Positions 52,035 through 64,000 of a stretch of DNA of 64,000 bases are shown in pieces. A program made the position numbers and the translations under genes. Under the pieces are notes generated by a model that was not told the origin of the DNA, did not search any database, and saw nothing but the letters and a program-made list of their open reading frames with translations. Each line of letters starts with the position of its first letter. Positions within the stretch are counted from its first letter, which is position 1. Source of the DNA: Eledone cirrhosa (lineage: Eukaryota); assembly GCA_964016885.1 (NCBI GenBank), contig OZ024750.1:52886001-52950000 (forward strand), in the 5' to 3' direction.

Positions 52035-53232
52035 TTAAGTCCTTATTCTAGATACTATGGCCTTGGAACACACCCCTCCCATGCTAATCTGATCACCTAG
52101 GTACCAGAAGCTATCAACCACTTCTATAGAACTCACCTGCATTTGAAAAATGTGTCTATCACTGCGATTACTACTGTCAAATTTTCCTGTACATCTACTG
52201 TATACATAGTTTTCCCTACCTGTTAGTTTGCCTGCTATCCCACTACATCTGCATTGTGTGCATTTTATAGAATTTATGCCAGTTGCTTTTCTACATATCG
52301 AACATGGCCATTTCCCCGATGGAATCAGAGTATTGTCCTCTCTTCTACTTATCAACACTTTTGTCTTAGCTAGGTTCACTCACTGTCCTCTTGTTTCCAA
52401 CTGCTATTTCCATAGCCAGAATTTATTCTCTAGCTCCTCTACTGATTCTGCTATAAGAACCAGATCATCAGCATAGAGAAGTTCCCATGGACAGCCAGTC
52501 TTAAACTACTCTGTTATGACTTGGAGGACTATAATGAACAAGAGCGGACTGAGGGCCGAACCCTGATGTACACCTACTTGTATCTGGAATTCCTCACTAA
52601 ACTCCATTCCTACTCTCACTTTACTGACAGTACCTCTGTACATAGCTTGCACTGTCCTCACAAGCCATTTCTCTACACCTAGTTTCCTTAGGGACCACCA
52701 GATGACAGATTGGGGTACCGTATCAAAGACCTTCTCCAGGTCAACAAAGGCTAAGTATAGTGGCTTATTCTTCTCTAAGAACCTCTCTTGTAGTTGTCTC
52801 ACCAAGAAGAGGGCATCTGTTGTACTTATCCCAGGCACAAAACCAAACTACATCTCATCTAATTTGACCCTTTCTCTAATTAGTTGTGCTAATATTCCCT
52901 CTGCCACTTTCATAACCTGATCCATCAGCTTTATGCCCCTATAATTGCTCCTCTCCAGAGCATACTCTTTAACTTTGTAGCAATTTATGAGAATACTGCT
53001 GCACCAGTCTTTGGGTTTGACACCGCCATATATAGCTTGATTTATGATGTGTGCAACTAGTTTAGTGCCTACTTCTCCTGATGCCTTTAGCATCTCAGTA
53101 ACTATCCCCGACGGTCCAGTGGCCTTACCATTTTTCATTTCCTTATATTTCCTATATTTGTCAATCTCGATAGCTGGTCCCTCTGTCGGGTCTACTGGGG
53201 GTAATTTCTCTCTCTCCCATTCGTTCTCCACA
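52035..53232 (-). mobile_element. RTE LINE internal fragment (RT and eroded PHD-like finger)
   Basis: NYRGIKL, FVDLEKVFD, GVHQGSALSP, LLYADDL (~52460-52480), WPCSIC and FWYLGD. Confidence 0.9.
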
Positions 53233-54026
53233 AAACTATGTATGTTGACAAATAGAACTTCTTTGTTTTCGTTTTGTTAAAAATAAAAATTGGCATCAAA
53301 ATTTTAATATTTACTGTAAAAATTCTTTGATGTGTCTCCTGTAAATTAAATAAATATTCATTTTTACATTTTGTTTTGTTTATTCTGTTCCTTTAAAATT
53401 TAATGTTGCAGTGTTACACAATAATCTAGTTCATTTCTTTAATTCTATTTCTTTATATATTAAACCAATATCTCCATTTCACACATTCTTCAAATATTTA
53501 TACCCCAACATATGTAACACAATATCTTTCCATATCAAATGTTTTTTTTTTTTTCTTTAATCTGGGAAAAAATAGAAAAAAATCTACATTTCTTGTTTAA
53601 AGGATGTTATTTTAAAAGCAGCAAATTAATTTTGCTTTTTAATTCCATGAATTTATTTAATTCATTCTTAGATTTTGTTAGAACAATATATTATAAATAT
53701 ATATTTTTTCTATTTCAGTATTGTTGCATTTTTGTAATCAAAGTTAATTATTTAATTAAGCAATTTTAATTATATTACTGAAACAAAAGTGAGAATAAAT
53801 TTTTTGGATGTCTGCTGTCCAGGGAGCTGTTATGAAGTCTGTTGGAAATGAAATGTCTTGTGGTTTCATAGTATGTTAGAAACAACAGTCAGATCTCTCT
53901 TAACTCGTAGCCTTAATACTTTTGATGCCAACCCATGCAAAACTGGCTCTGGTTCCCTGAAACCAAAACTGACTCTGGTTCCCTGAAACAAAACCAACAA
54001 TTTTAAAGGGTTCTGTTTAAATAAAA

Positions 54027-54172
54027 GGTGGTGAATTGGCAGAGTCATTAGATAGACTGCTTTGTGGTATTCCTTCCATATCTCTATCTTCTCTAAGTTC
54101 AAATCCCACCAAAGTCAACTTTGGCCATTGAAGGTCGAAAAAGAAAAAGTACCAGTCTAGTACTGGGGTCAA
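54027..54172 (+). mobile_element. Degenerate tRNA-derived SINE
   Basis: GGTGGTGAATTGGCAG...AAGTTCAAATCCCACC...AAGTACCAG. Confidence 0.7.
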
Positions 54173-54530
54173 TTCTTCCTCTATATCTCCTTCTCACTTT
54201 CTTCATCTCACTCTCTCTTTCACTCTCTTTGAAAGAAGTTGGCTGTATTCAGACTGGGTTCCACCAGGTTTTAAATGCCTAAGACACATCGGTGCCATTA
54301 CAATTCCATCAGGAATCAGGGATCCATACACACATTTAAATTAAAATCTTCCATTCCAACAATTTTTTTTTTAATAACAAAATAATTAATAATTTTAGTA
54401 AATTCTTCAAAATTCTTCATTAATTACCTGAAATATAGAGTATGTCATTAGAAATATGGTAAAGAAAGGGTTAAAAAAAGGAAATCATCATCATCATAAT
54501 CATCATAATCATCATAATCATCATTATCCA

Positions 54531-54720
54531 GGCGGTGGATTGGCAGTATCGGTAGAGAGTCGGGCGCCATGCTTTGAAGCATATAGTTACCTCCCTTTAT
54601 GATCTGAGTTCAAATCCCGCCGAGGTTAACTTTACCTTTCATCCTTACGGGGTCGATAAAATAAAGTACCAGTAATGTACTGGATAATTGCTGGCCTGGT
54701 GCCAAAAGTAGAAACAATTA
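54531..54720 (+). mobile_element. tRNA-derived SINE
   Basis: Closely similar to the 21997 copy; A and B boxes intact. Confidence 0.92.
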
Positions 54721-55269
54721 TGATCATAATGATCATTATCATTTTATGTTCATTTTCTATGTTAGCATGGGTTAGACAAGTTATCACAGTTTGAAAGTAG
54801 ATGGGTTAGAGTGCCATATATTGCTTCTATGTTCTGTATGGGTGGATGCCCTTCTGAACAACAACCACTTTACATGGTGAAAAACATTGAATAATGTAGT
54901 CAAACTACATTATTCAAAGCTATTTTATTGCTTATATATTGTATAGGAATACTTATAAATATAGAGAGAGAGAGTAGGTTATTGAAAAAAAGAAAGAAGA
55001 ATGAAGCAACATTTTAAAGGGAAAGGGCAAGGGACTAAGACCCCAGTCATGAAAACAAAACATGGTAATAACAACTATAAAGACTTTGATCATAGGTCTG
55101 TTGAATGAGAACTGAGGAAGGCGGCTGGGTGACAACAACAACAACAACAAAAGCAACAAGGACACATTGGATAATATGGTCTTTAGTTCAGAGTATCCAA
55201 GAAAAAAGCAGGATATTCATGGCTGGAATAGTTCTGCTTAATCAGAGTAACCAGAGTTTAAACAACAAT

Positions 55270-55452
55270 AATTGTTTCTAATTTCGGCACAAGGCCAGCA
55301 ATTATCCCAGTGTATTACTGGTACTTTATTTTATCGACCCTGTAAGGATGAAAGGCAAAGTTAACCCCGGCGGGATTTGAATTTAGATCATAAAGGGCCG
55401 TAACTCTATGCTGCAAAGCATGGCATCCGACCCTCTACCGATACTGACAATC
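55270..55452 (-). mobile_element. tRNA-derived SINE
   Basis: Reverse-complement copy with a possible AACAATAAT TSD. Confidence 0.9.
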
Positions 55453-56089
55453 TAACAATAATAGAAGCAACAAGAGCACATTAAATCGTGTGGTCTTCGG
55501 TTTGATGTTCAAGGATGGAATGTCATTGATCAGAAATCTTCTCAATCACAGGGTTAAACCCAGGTTAAACAACAACATAACCCCCGACTGAAAAGTCTGT
55601 GTCTCATGATTCAGCATTTTAGTGAGCATCTAAATCAGGGATGACTGAACCAGGAATCTAACAGATTATATTGAAAAAAAAAAAAGAATTTTAAAATCTT
55701 TTGTTACTCTATTTCTATTGAATTAGTTCGCTTATGATTTTCAAATCATTTCAGAAATAATCAAGAATTTAAAGAGATTAACAAATATAACTAAAATTTT
55801 ATATTTTTTATTTGATGTTTGGAACATAACTTCACAAAGTTTGTTTTTACATAAAATTATATTGGGAGGTTTTTAGATAATTACCAACATTTTAAAATAA
55901 AAATCTTTGTATATTAGAACCAGGACAGTTTCAGGTAGTTCATATCAAAAGTGTGAAATAAAAACAATATCCTGGTCGTTGGGTTCATTGTAACACTATG
56001 ACTAAGATCAGCTCTGGTTTATTTTATAGATACAGAGTTGTTATAGCTTCTATTGTGATGTATATGATGTGTGCTGTGTGTATCTAAAA

Positions 56090-56280
56090 TAATTGTTTCT
56101 ACTTTTGGCACAAGGCTAGCAATTATCCCAGTGTATTACTGGTACTTTATTTTATCGACCTCGTAAGGATGAAAGGCAAAGTTAACTTCTGCAGGATTTG
56201 AAGACAGATCATAAAGGGCCGTAACTCTATGCTGCAAAGCATGGCATCCGACCCTCTACCGATACTGACAATCCACCACC
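56090..56280 (-). mobile_element. tRNA-derived SINE
   Basis: Reverse-complement copy with TSD-like TGTA(T/C)CTAAAATA flanks. Confidence 0.9.
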
Positions 56281-56628
56281 ATATGTACCTAAAATAGTGA
56301 TTATTGCCCTCATTCACTCAGTGAAGTTCAGAAAATTCTATGACCATTTCCCCGCCATCATCAGTTCTGATTTCTCTTCCATCCCCCACACCCCTTTAGC
56401 TTTTTTCCCCTTTTCTATTTATTTTTCCATTTTTTTAATCGAAGGAATGTAAAATATTTTTAGTGATGAATTTTAAGTTCTGGATTTTTTGTTGCATTTA
56501 ATAAATTTATTTTATTGTTTTTATTTCTTGATTTGTTCATTCTTTTGTTGCTTTTTTTTTGGTCAAACATTATTTTTAGTAGCTCAGAAAAAATATATAA
56601 AAAAAAAACATCAAAGGAAAATATACTT

Positions 56629-57092
56629 ACACACATACACACATAAAACATACACTAACACACATACACACACACACATACACACATACACACACACACA
56701 TACAAACATACACACACACACACACATACACACACATACAAACATACACACACGCACACATACAAACATACAAATATACACAGACACACATACATACACA
56801 CACACATATGTACATACATATATACAAACATACACACACACATACAAACACACACACACACATATATATATACATACATACATATATACAAACATACACA
56901 CACACACATATATACATACATATATACAAACATACACCCATACACATACAAACATACACACACACATACACACACACACTCACACACACTCACATACACA
57001 CACATACACACACTCGCATACATTCACACACACTCACACACACACAAATACATACACTCACGCACACACACACACACACACACTCACACACA
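56629..57092. repeat. Degenerate (CA/TA)n microsatellite
   Basis: Direct reading. Confidence 0.95.
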
Positions 57093-57141
57093 TATGTCGC
57101 ACACCATGATAGTGGTGTGTAAGTGTCTGAGCATTAAAACA

Positions 57142-58060
57142 GGTGGTGGTGGTGGTGGTGGTGGGGATGGTGGTGGTGGTGGTGGTGGTGGTGGTGGTGG
57201 TGGTGGTGGTGGTGGTGATGGTGTTGGTGGTGATGGTGGTGGTGATGATGGTGTTGGTGGTGGTGGTGCTGGTGGTGGTGATGGTCGTGGTGGTGGTGGT
57301 GATGGTGGTGGTGGTAGTGGTGGGGTGGGGTGGGGGTGGGGGGGGGGATGGTCGTGGTGGTGGTGGTGATGGTGGTGGTGGTAGTGGTGGGGATGGTGGT
57401 GGTGGTGGTGGTGGTGGTGGTGGTGATGGTGGTGGTGGTGGTGGTGGTGGTGGTGGTGGTGGTGGTGGTGGGGATGGTGGTAGGGATGGCGGTGGTGATG
57501 GTGGTGGTGGTGATGGTGTTGGTGGTGATGGTGGTGGTGATGGTGGTGGTGGTGGTGCTGGTGGTGGTAGGGGTGGGGTGGGGATGGTGGTGGTGGTGGT
57601 GGTGGTGGTGGTGGTGGTGATGGTGTTGGTGGTGGTGGTGCTGGTGGTGGTGCTGGTGGTGGTGGTGGTGGTGGGGATGGTGATGGTGATGGTGGTGGTG
57701 GTGGTGGTGCTGGTGGTGGTGATGGTGATGGTGGTGGTGGTGGTGGTGGTGCTGGTGGTGGTGATGGTCGTGGTGGTGGTGGTGATGGTGGTGATGGTGG
57801 TGGTGGTGCTGGTGATGGCGGTGATGGTGGTGGTGCTGGTGGTGGTGATGGTCATGGTGGTGGTGATGGTGGTGATGGTGGTGGTGGTTATGGTGGTGGT
57901 GGTGATGGTGGTGGTGGTGCTGGTGGTGCTGGTGATGGTGGTGATGGTGGAGGTGCTGGTGGTAGTTGTGATGGTGGTGGTGGTGATGATGATGATGATA
58001 GTGATTGTGATGACGCTAATGATGATTGTGATGATGATGGTGATGATAATGATGATGACA
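57142..58060. repeat. (GGT)n trinucleotide tract grading into (GAT)n
   Basis: Direct reading. Confidence 0.95.
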
Positions 58061-58061
58061 T

Positions 58062-58262
58062 TGACAATGTGTACATTTAATGTAATTCTCAGCAAGATTC
58101 AGCATGACACAATGTGACAAAGCTAACCCCCTTGAATTACAGGTACAATACCTATGCATTAGCTGAGTGAAATAAAGTATATTGCTCAAGAACATAACAT
58201 GCTGCTACTTCCCTGTTGAACGTTTGATTGTAAGTCCAACACACTTGGCCACATGCCTTCAC
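58062..58262 (-). mobile_element. Degenerate SINE of a second family
   Basis: Minus strand starts GTGAAGGCATGTGGCC and contains TTCTTGAGCAATATACTTTA, a central-domain-like motif (recognised from memory). Confidence 0.5.
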
Positions 58263-58585
58263 ACATAGACACATACACTTTCACACACATACTAAAAATA
58301 TCACATCAATAAGCATTTATACTATACACACACTCGTCTAACCCATGCCAACATGGAAAAATGGATGTAAAACGATGATGATGATGATGACATACACATA
58401 TAAGCATACACATATATACACTTTCATACACAGACACATATCATTTTAGCAAATATAGACATAAATAAATATATATACATATATATATATATATCAAATT
58501 ACAAAATATGAGAAAATGATAGTCAAAAATATACTTATTTTTCTTCAAAGTCCTGACTGCAGTTTCGCCGATCCATATCTAACAG

Positions 58586-58635
58586 TTCTGCACTATAAAT
58601 GCATCATCGCTGAGAGATGCATTTATAGTGCAGAA
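58586..58635. other. Perfect 20-bp hairpin with 10-nt loop
   Basis: TTCTGCACTATAAATGCATC-atcgctgaga-GATGCATTTATAGTGCAGAA. Confidence 0.9.
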
Positions 58636-59164
58636 AAAAAAAAAGGACTGTTGCTTTCGTAGCAAGTGAGAATATCTTAAGTATACACACACACACACAT
58701 AGATGCATACACATACTAAACATATCACATACAGACATGTATATCTACACACACACAGAGACAGACATTGACACATACACATACTAAACATCAACACAGC
58801 CATCCAATATTATCTAGAATTATACTTTCTCACAGTAATCAATTATTGTGAACAGAGAATATTTTATACAAAGTAGAAGTTGATGAGATCCCTGAAGCAT
58901 AGAAATTAATTTTTTGTGAAATTAATTCTTAATTTCTTCAAATTATCTCCCCCTTTCTTTAAGTGTCTCTAACGATTAAAAGTGATATTGTGTTTTCTGT
59001 TTTCAATTAAGAGGTAAATTTCATTCATTGAGAATTTGGGGAATACATTATTCAGAAGATCACTACCTATGTCTATATACATCATATGTCTCCTTTTCTC
59101 CCCCTCTCTCACTACCCTTCTATATACATATATATGTGTGTGTCTATATATAGATAGATAGATA

Positions 59165-62100
59165 ACTTCCTATTTATTTGCCACCAGGGCATGAAAGATT
59201 GGAACAAATACAAGGGGGGGGGGGAGTTTACAGACATTTCAAAGGATGTGTAAAAACATATAACAAATCAAATTCAACAATCGACTCCTCAATAGGGAGG
59301 GGGCATTGACGTGGGTCGCACACACCCCCGAAAAAAATGTGCGACCCTCCTCCTCAGGAGCACAAAGAGCGGGTGCTCCCTTCCTCTTCTCCTTCTCCTC
59401 CTCTCTCACCTACAGGCTGATATAGAAAGAAGGCTATTCACTCAGGCCATTCTCGCCGCTTTCACCCACCTTTCATAAAACTTGCTGGGGTAGAGCACCT
59501 CTCTCTCCATTCTGATCCTTCTTCTAAAATGGTACTTGAAAAAAAGGACCAGTTGTTGGCCGGAGAGAAAAGTGTCTGACCTCAGCCCTTTCAACCTTGT
59601 CCACCATTCAACCTCTTTCGCCATAGCTATCACACAGAGGAAAACCACCTCGCCTTCATTTTTGTAGTGGGGAGGTGGTTTGATCGTGACAATGTACTCG
59701 GCGGTCAACCGGATTGGTCCCACCCGCGACAGTAGTCATCCCACATAGCGGTGTAGTCATCCCACATAGCAGTGTACGAATGCATGTGTGATGGTTTCCT
59801 CATCACGCACGCATCTCAGACAGATCTTCGAGGGGTCCCTACCCGGGCACCCGTGTCTGTAGAGCTTGTTCCGAACGGATAGAGCTCCTCAGTAGCACTG
59901 CCAAGCCAGGGACTTTTGGAAGTTGTCCATTGGTCCCGGGCCAAACGCCCTACCGAACAGACTGGCTAGTTCGTCTTCCTCCATGCCCAGAGCTTCTCCA
60001 AGAGCGTCGTCACACTTGCTGCGCACCAACCCTCTATACAATGTTGAGGTTGAGTCTCCACTGATTGCCGACACCGCTTTCCGCAATCCCAGTTCCAAAG
60101 GGATTCCCTGCAACTGCTCCAACTTCTGCAGTAGTGGCTCGAGAGCCAGCACATACAGAAGGGAGGAGAGAGGGCATCCCTGTCAGATGGATCGCGCGAT
60201 TTGGAATGGCTCCGAGAAGTAGCCGTTCACCTTGACCCTCGAGCAGGTGTTCAGCAATCCAGCCCCTGAAAACGGGTCCGAAGCCTGCTGCCGCGAGCAC
60301 TGCATCCAGATACCGATGGTTGACCCCATTGAACGCCTTAGATTGATCCAAGTTGATCAGGGCCCCACCAAAGCCGGATTCGTTCCCTACCCTCTCTACG
60401 ATGTATCGCATGAGGTGGAGGTTGTCGTGTATGGACCTGGAGGGGATTGCGCATCGCTACATAAAGTTTGTATGGTAGACCATCGAGACCGGGAGATTTG
60501 CATTTGCTGCATTGGCTCAGCGCTTCCCCTATTTCAGCGGCTGAAATCGGACTTTCGCAGGACTTCGCCTCCCCGTCCAAGAGCTGCGGCAGACCGTCGA
60601 GGTATGGACCAAAATCCATAGCCTCACCAGGCCCACCGCCCCTCCCGAACAGTCGTGCAAAGCGCTGTTGAAAGGCTGCACACATCCGCTCAGGTTCAAG
60701 GATCACGCGTCCATCCTGGTTCTTCAAAGACCGAATCGTGGACTTTTTGCCACTTTTTGCCTCTGTCACTCAGGCCCAGCTAACAGCTTTGGCTCCCTCG
60801 TTACCCAGAGCATGTATTTTACTCCTGACAACACAGCCCTCGTGCTTCTCATCAAAGAACTGGTCTAGGGCCGTTGCCACTCCTAATCACCTTTTCTACT
60901 CTATCTATCAATTCCCTTTCAGTTCTATTCCTATCTGATGCTAATTCCTGACTAAAACCTATCGATTCTATTCTAATTTCTCTCTTGAGAGAGCCCCACC
61001 ACCTGCTGTTGACAATTGCCCCCATCAACCACTGCTTTACTAGAGTGCTAATCCACTTACTGTAAGCTTTGTTTGTCGGTAAGGACAAGTTTAGCTTCCA
61101 GTAACCGGGTCCCTGTCTATGAGTTCTATCAAGGTTGACCACTCCGGTCACCAACTTGTGATCCGAATAGTCAACCATGAACATTCGTGGACAGCTTAAT
61201 ATGTCCCTATCCTTATTTCTAACTAGGAACCTATCTAGGTACGACCTAGATGTTCCGCTACAATTAGTCCACGTCCACAGTGACACAGTCGGAAAATCTA
61301 GTCGATATCTATCGGCCAGATCAAATCGGCCGATTAACCGTTTGAGGCTGTTACACCTCCCTCTATTGGGACATCCCCCTACATAGTCCCAACGTGCATC
61401 CAGGATACCATTCCAGTCCCCCACTAAAAGCAAGGAGCGAGACGTTCCCAGAAAAGTCTCTAGACGTTGGAAGAAGTCCGGTCGCGGTGTCCCAGATGGG
61501 GCATACGCTGCCACCAGCCTGAAAGCTCCACCTTCACTACTGCCGACATCTAGAACCACCAGTCGACCCTCCGGGTCCAGGTGTACCTTCCGTGTTGCGA
61601 GACCCAGGTGTTTTCGCAGCAGAATGACCACCCCACCCCCACCCCCCAGCTGACAGAGAGATGCATAGATCTCAAAGTCGTCGAAGATGGGGGCCAGTTG
61701 GTGCTCGCTGCTGAACTTGGACTCTATTACATCCATTCTATGCGACCTGAGGTCATTTAAGAGTTTGCCCTGCTTCCAGGACATCCCCAGGCCGCGCACA
61801 TTTAAACATCCAACTCTTATAACAGCCATGTTGGTGGTGAAGAGTTAAATTGGAGAAAAAGAAAAGACACCTACTTCTCCGTCTCCTGGGGACCAGGCTG
61901 CACAATTTCCATGGGGGTGTTGGAGGGGTGGTGATTTGGGGTGTGGTGGGGTGGGGGTGTTTGCTGGGGTGGGGGTGTTTGCTGGGGTGGGGTGTCTGGG
62001 GTGATGGTGGGGAAACATTTCAAAGGGACGCGGTTGGAAGGTCTAGTACAGGGGTTCCTCACGTCCTCGGGAAAGTTTTGTTTGAGCATTGCGTAGGTGC

Positions 62101-63862
62101 CCCTTGGGACCCTAATCATTTTTAAATGTGGTTTATTCGCCGCGTTGGTGAACATTTTCCCTTCGGTTTCCACCGAAGGGTCTTTGTCTATTGTTTGTAC
62201 AAGTGTTTTGTTGTTTGTGTTGATGTATGTATAATGTTTTTGTTGTGTTTGTTTTTGTTTGTTGTTCTTGTGTGTGTTTGCGTTTTGTAGTATGTGTTAT
62301 ATTTTTGGGAGGGGTGGTTTTTGTTTGTGATGTTTGTTCTGTTTGTGCTGGTGGTTGTGTGTTTATTGCATTTTTGTTAATGTGGTGCCTTCTTTTCTTT
62401 CTTTTTACTGGTTGAAAGGGCTCTCCCTCGTCGTCACTGGGTGACGTTGATAAGGGGTCCTCGTCCATGTTGTTAGGGAGTGATATATTTTGGGATTTTG
62501 TTGTGGTTGCGGGTGCTTTTGTATTTGTTTTAGGTCGGGAGCGGTTGGGTGGTACAGTGTCTTGTTTTGTTATTTTTTTGTGTTGTTGTGATGGTTGTGG
62601 TGGTGGTGGTGGTGGTGGTGGTGGTTGTGTTGTTGTGTTTGGGGTTGGCATAAGAGCCTTTTTTTGACTCGTTAATTGAGGACAGGCAGCCTTCAGGTGA
62701 CCCCTGCTTAAGCAGTGGTAACATGACGGCCGCCTACCCTCAACTGAAATGTTTATATAGGTTAGCCCGTCCAGAGGCACGCGTTATGAGATTTTAGCTA
62801 TTCGTCCTGGGCTCATTTGAACCATAACTTCTACGCTAGTCCCACTAAATACACCTCTGGAGGACTTTCCTACTGAGATTATCCTGTCTTCCTCAAAATC
62901 AACGAATCCACATAGTATCCACCAAATATTTACATTTGGTGTGATACTCAGAATTTTTATTTTTTGTATCCTTTTTTCCCTGTATGTGGGGAAAAAGGTG
63001 AAACAGGGGGACACAATGGGTGATACAGCATATTTTTGTGCCGTTGGCTGGTCATTCATTAGCACCAAAATGCTACCAAACAGTTTTCTTCTTTGGATGA
63101 AGGTTATGTCCTTCATTGCATCTTTTAGAACCAGCCCAATTTCATTTTGTGATAATTGAGCTGGCTTTCTAGTTGCGTTTGATATTGTCCTGAAAACCAC
63201 AGTTTTCAGGACAGTCTCTCTACGTAATACCTGGGGAGAATTGATGCTAAAAGTACCATTTTGTCCAAAAGTTACATATTGTTTTGCATCTTGGAGTAGC
63301 TGTTCTGCGTTTGTGATTGGAGTGTATAGTTCTGTTTTTTTTACAGTTTGCGCGAACAATGTTTTGGTGTTGTTGTCTTTCTTGTTGCTGTTGTTGTTGT
63401 CACTGTTGTTGATGTTGTTCATATTTTTCTTGGTGTTGGTGTTGTTATTGTTGCAGTTGTTGGTTGTGATGTTATTGTCATTGTTCTTGTTGTTGGTGTT
63501 GGTATTATTTACCAGGTTTGGTTCCGTGGTTGCAATATTTACAACATTTTTCGATAAGGTGAGGGGGGAAGGCTGCAAGCTTTGTACTCTTACCTTCCCT
63601 CCACCACTTTTCTTAGTGGGCGTGGCACTCACTACAGTGTGAGGGGTTGAAATGGCATCCATTACTAACTAACAAGTCTACACAATGTTTTCAGATGAAA
63701 ATTTTGCCCCAAAAAGGGGCGAAAATTAGTTAACCCAACGTCTGAAGGCCCAGATAAGGGGTTAAACTAAACAATAATAACAAATTCAACAATAAACTCA
63801 CAGTTTTTTGTACACTAATCCGTAAACAATCCGGAGCGAAGTAATACACGTCTACCAATCAC
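59165..63862 (-). mobile_element. End-to-end Tx1/L1-type LINE with internal RT deletions, inside (GATA)n
   Basis: ORF1 pieces 62784-63662, 62133-62780 (CYHCLSRGHLKAAC) and 61871-62173. ORF2 APE 60852-61829 (CLNVRGL, VGDWN, SYLDRF, YSDH, GYWKLN), then KSPGLDGLP and LDQSKAF. The YADD region is missing. AATAAA precedes a (TATC)n tail. Confidence 0.93.
60852..61829 (-). pseudogene. Tx1/L1 ORF2 APE endonuclease domain (open for 325 aa, then frameshift)
   Basis: APE motifs N-x-RG, GDWN, LDRF and SDH. Confidence 0.88.
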
Positions 63863-63900
<38 letters not shown>

Positions 63901-63927
63901 AAGATAGATGGATAGGTAGATAGATAA

Positions 63928-64000
63928 ATGTGGTTGGCATTAGGAGGGGCATCCAGCCATAGAAACCAAGCCAGAAACAGTTCGGTATGAACAAGACATG
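63928..64000 (+). mobile_element. RTE/SINE-type 3' tail fragment, runs off the window end
   Basis: GTGGTTGGCATTAGGAGGGGCATCCAGCCATAGAAACCAAGCC matches 23690-23730. Confidence 0.75.

Noticed and set aside
6460-53232. RTE pieces at 6460-8020 and 52035-53232 as halves of one split element
   Set aside because: They overlap by ~100 bp with differences and are in the wrong order for a single minus-strand element.
57058-58117. 345-aa Thr/Pro-rich mucin- or extensin-like ORF
   Set aside because: Pure (GGT)n/(GAT)n tract that is open in several frames, with no unique coding flanks or splice evidence.

Overview
Repeat-saturated, AT-rich animal genomic DNA with no recognisable host gene. The SINE/LINE repertoire suggests an octopus (inference). 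The window holds decayed non-LTR retrotransposons: R4/Dong-type RLE elements, RTE elements (one lineage carrying a PHD-like C4HC3 finger inside the RT) and Tx1/L1-type two-ORF elements. It also holds tRNA-derived SINEs, two non-autonomous Helitrons, a rearranged mariner nested in a foldback element, a probable solo LTR, long microsatellites and an ~11.9-kb 41-bp satellite with higher-order structure. The most notable signals are at the RNA level. Several Penelope-type minimal hammerhead ribozymes are present, two of them inside an ~400-bp near-perfect palindrome, and a twister-like candidate RNA sits in an RTE-type 5' leader. All calls were made by eye, boundaries are approximate, and no searches were run.
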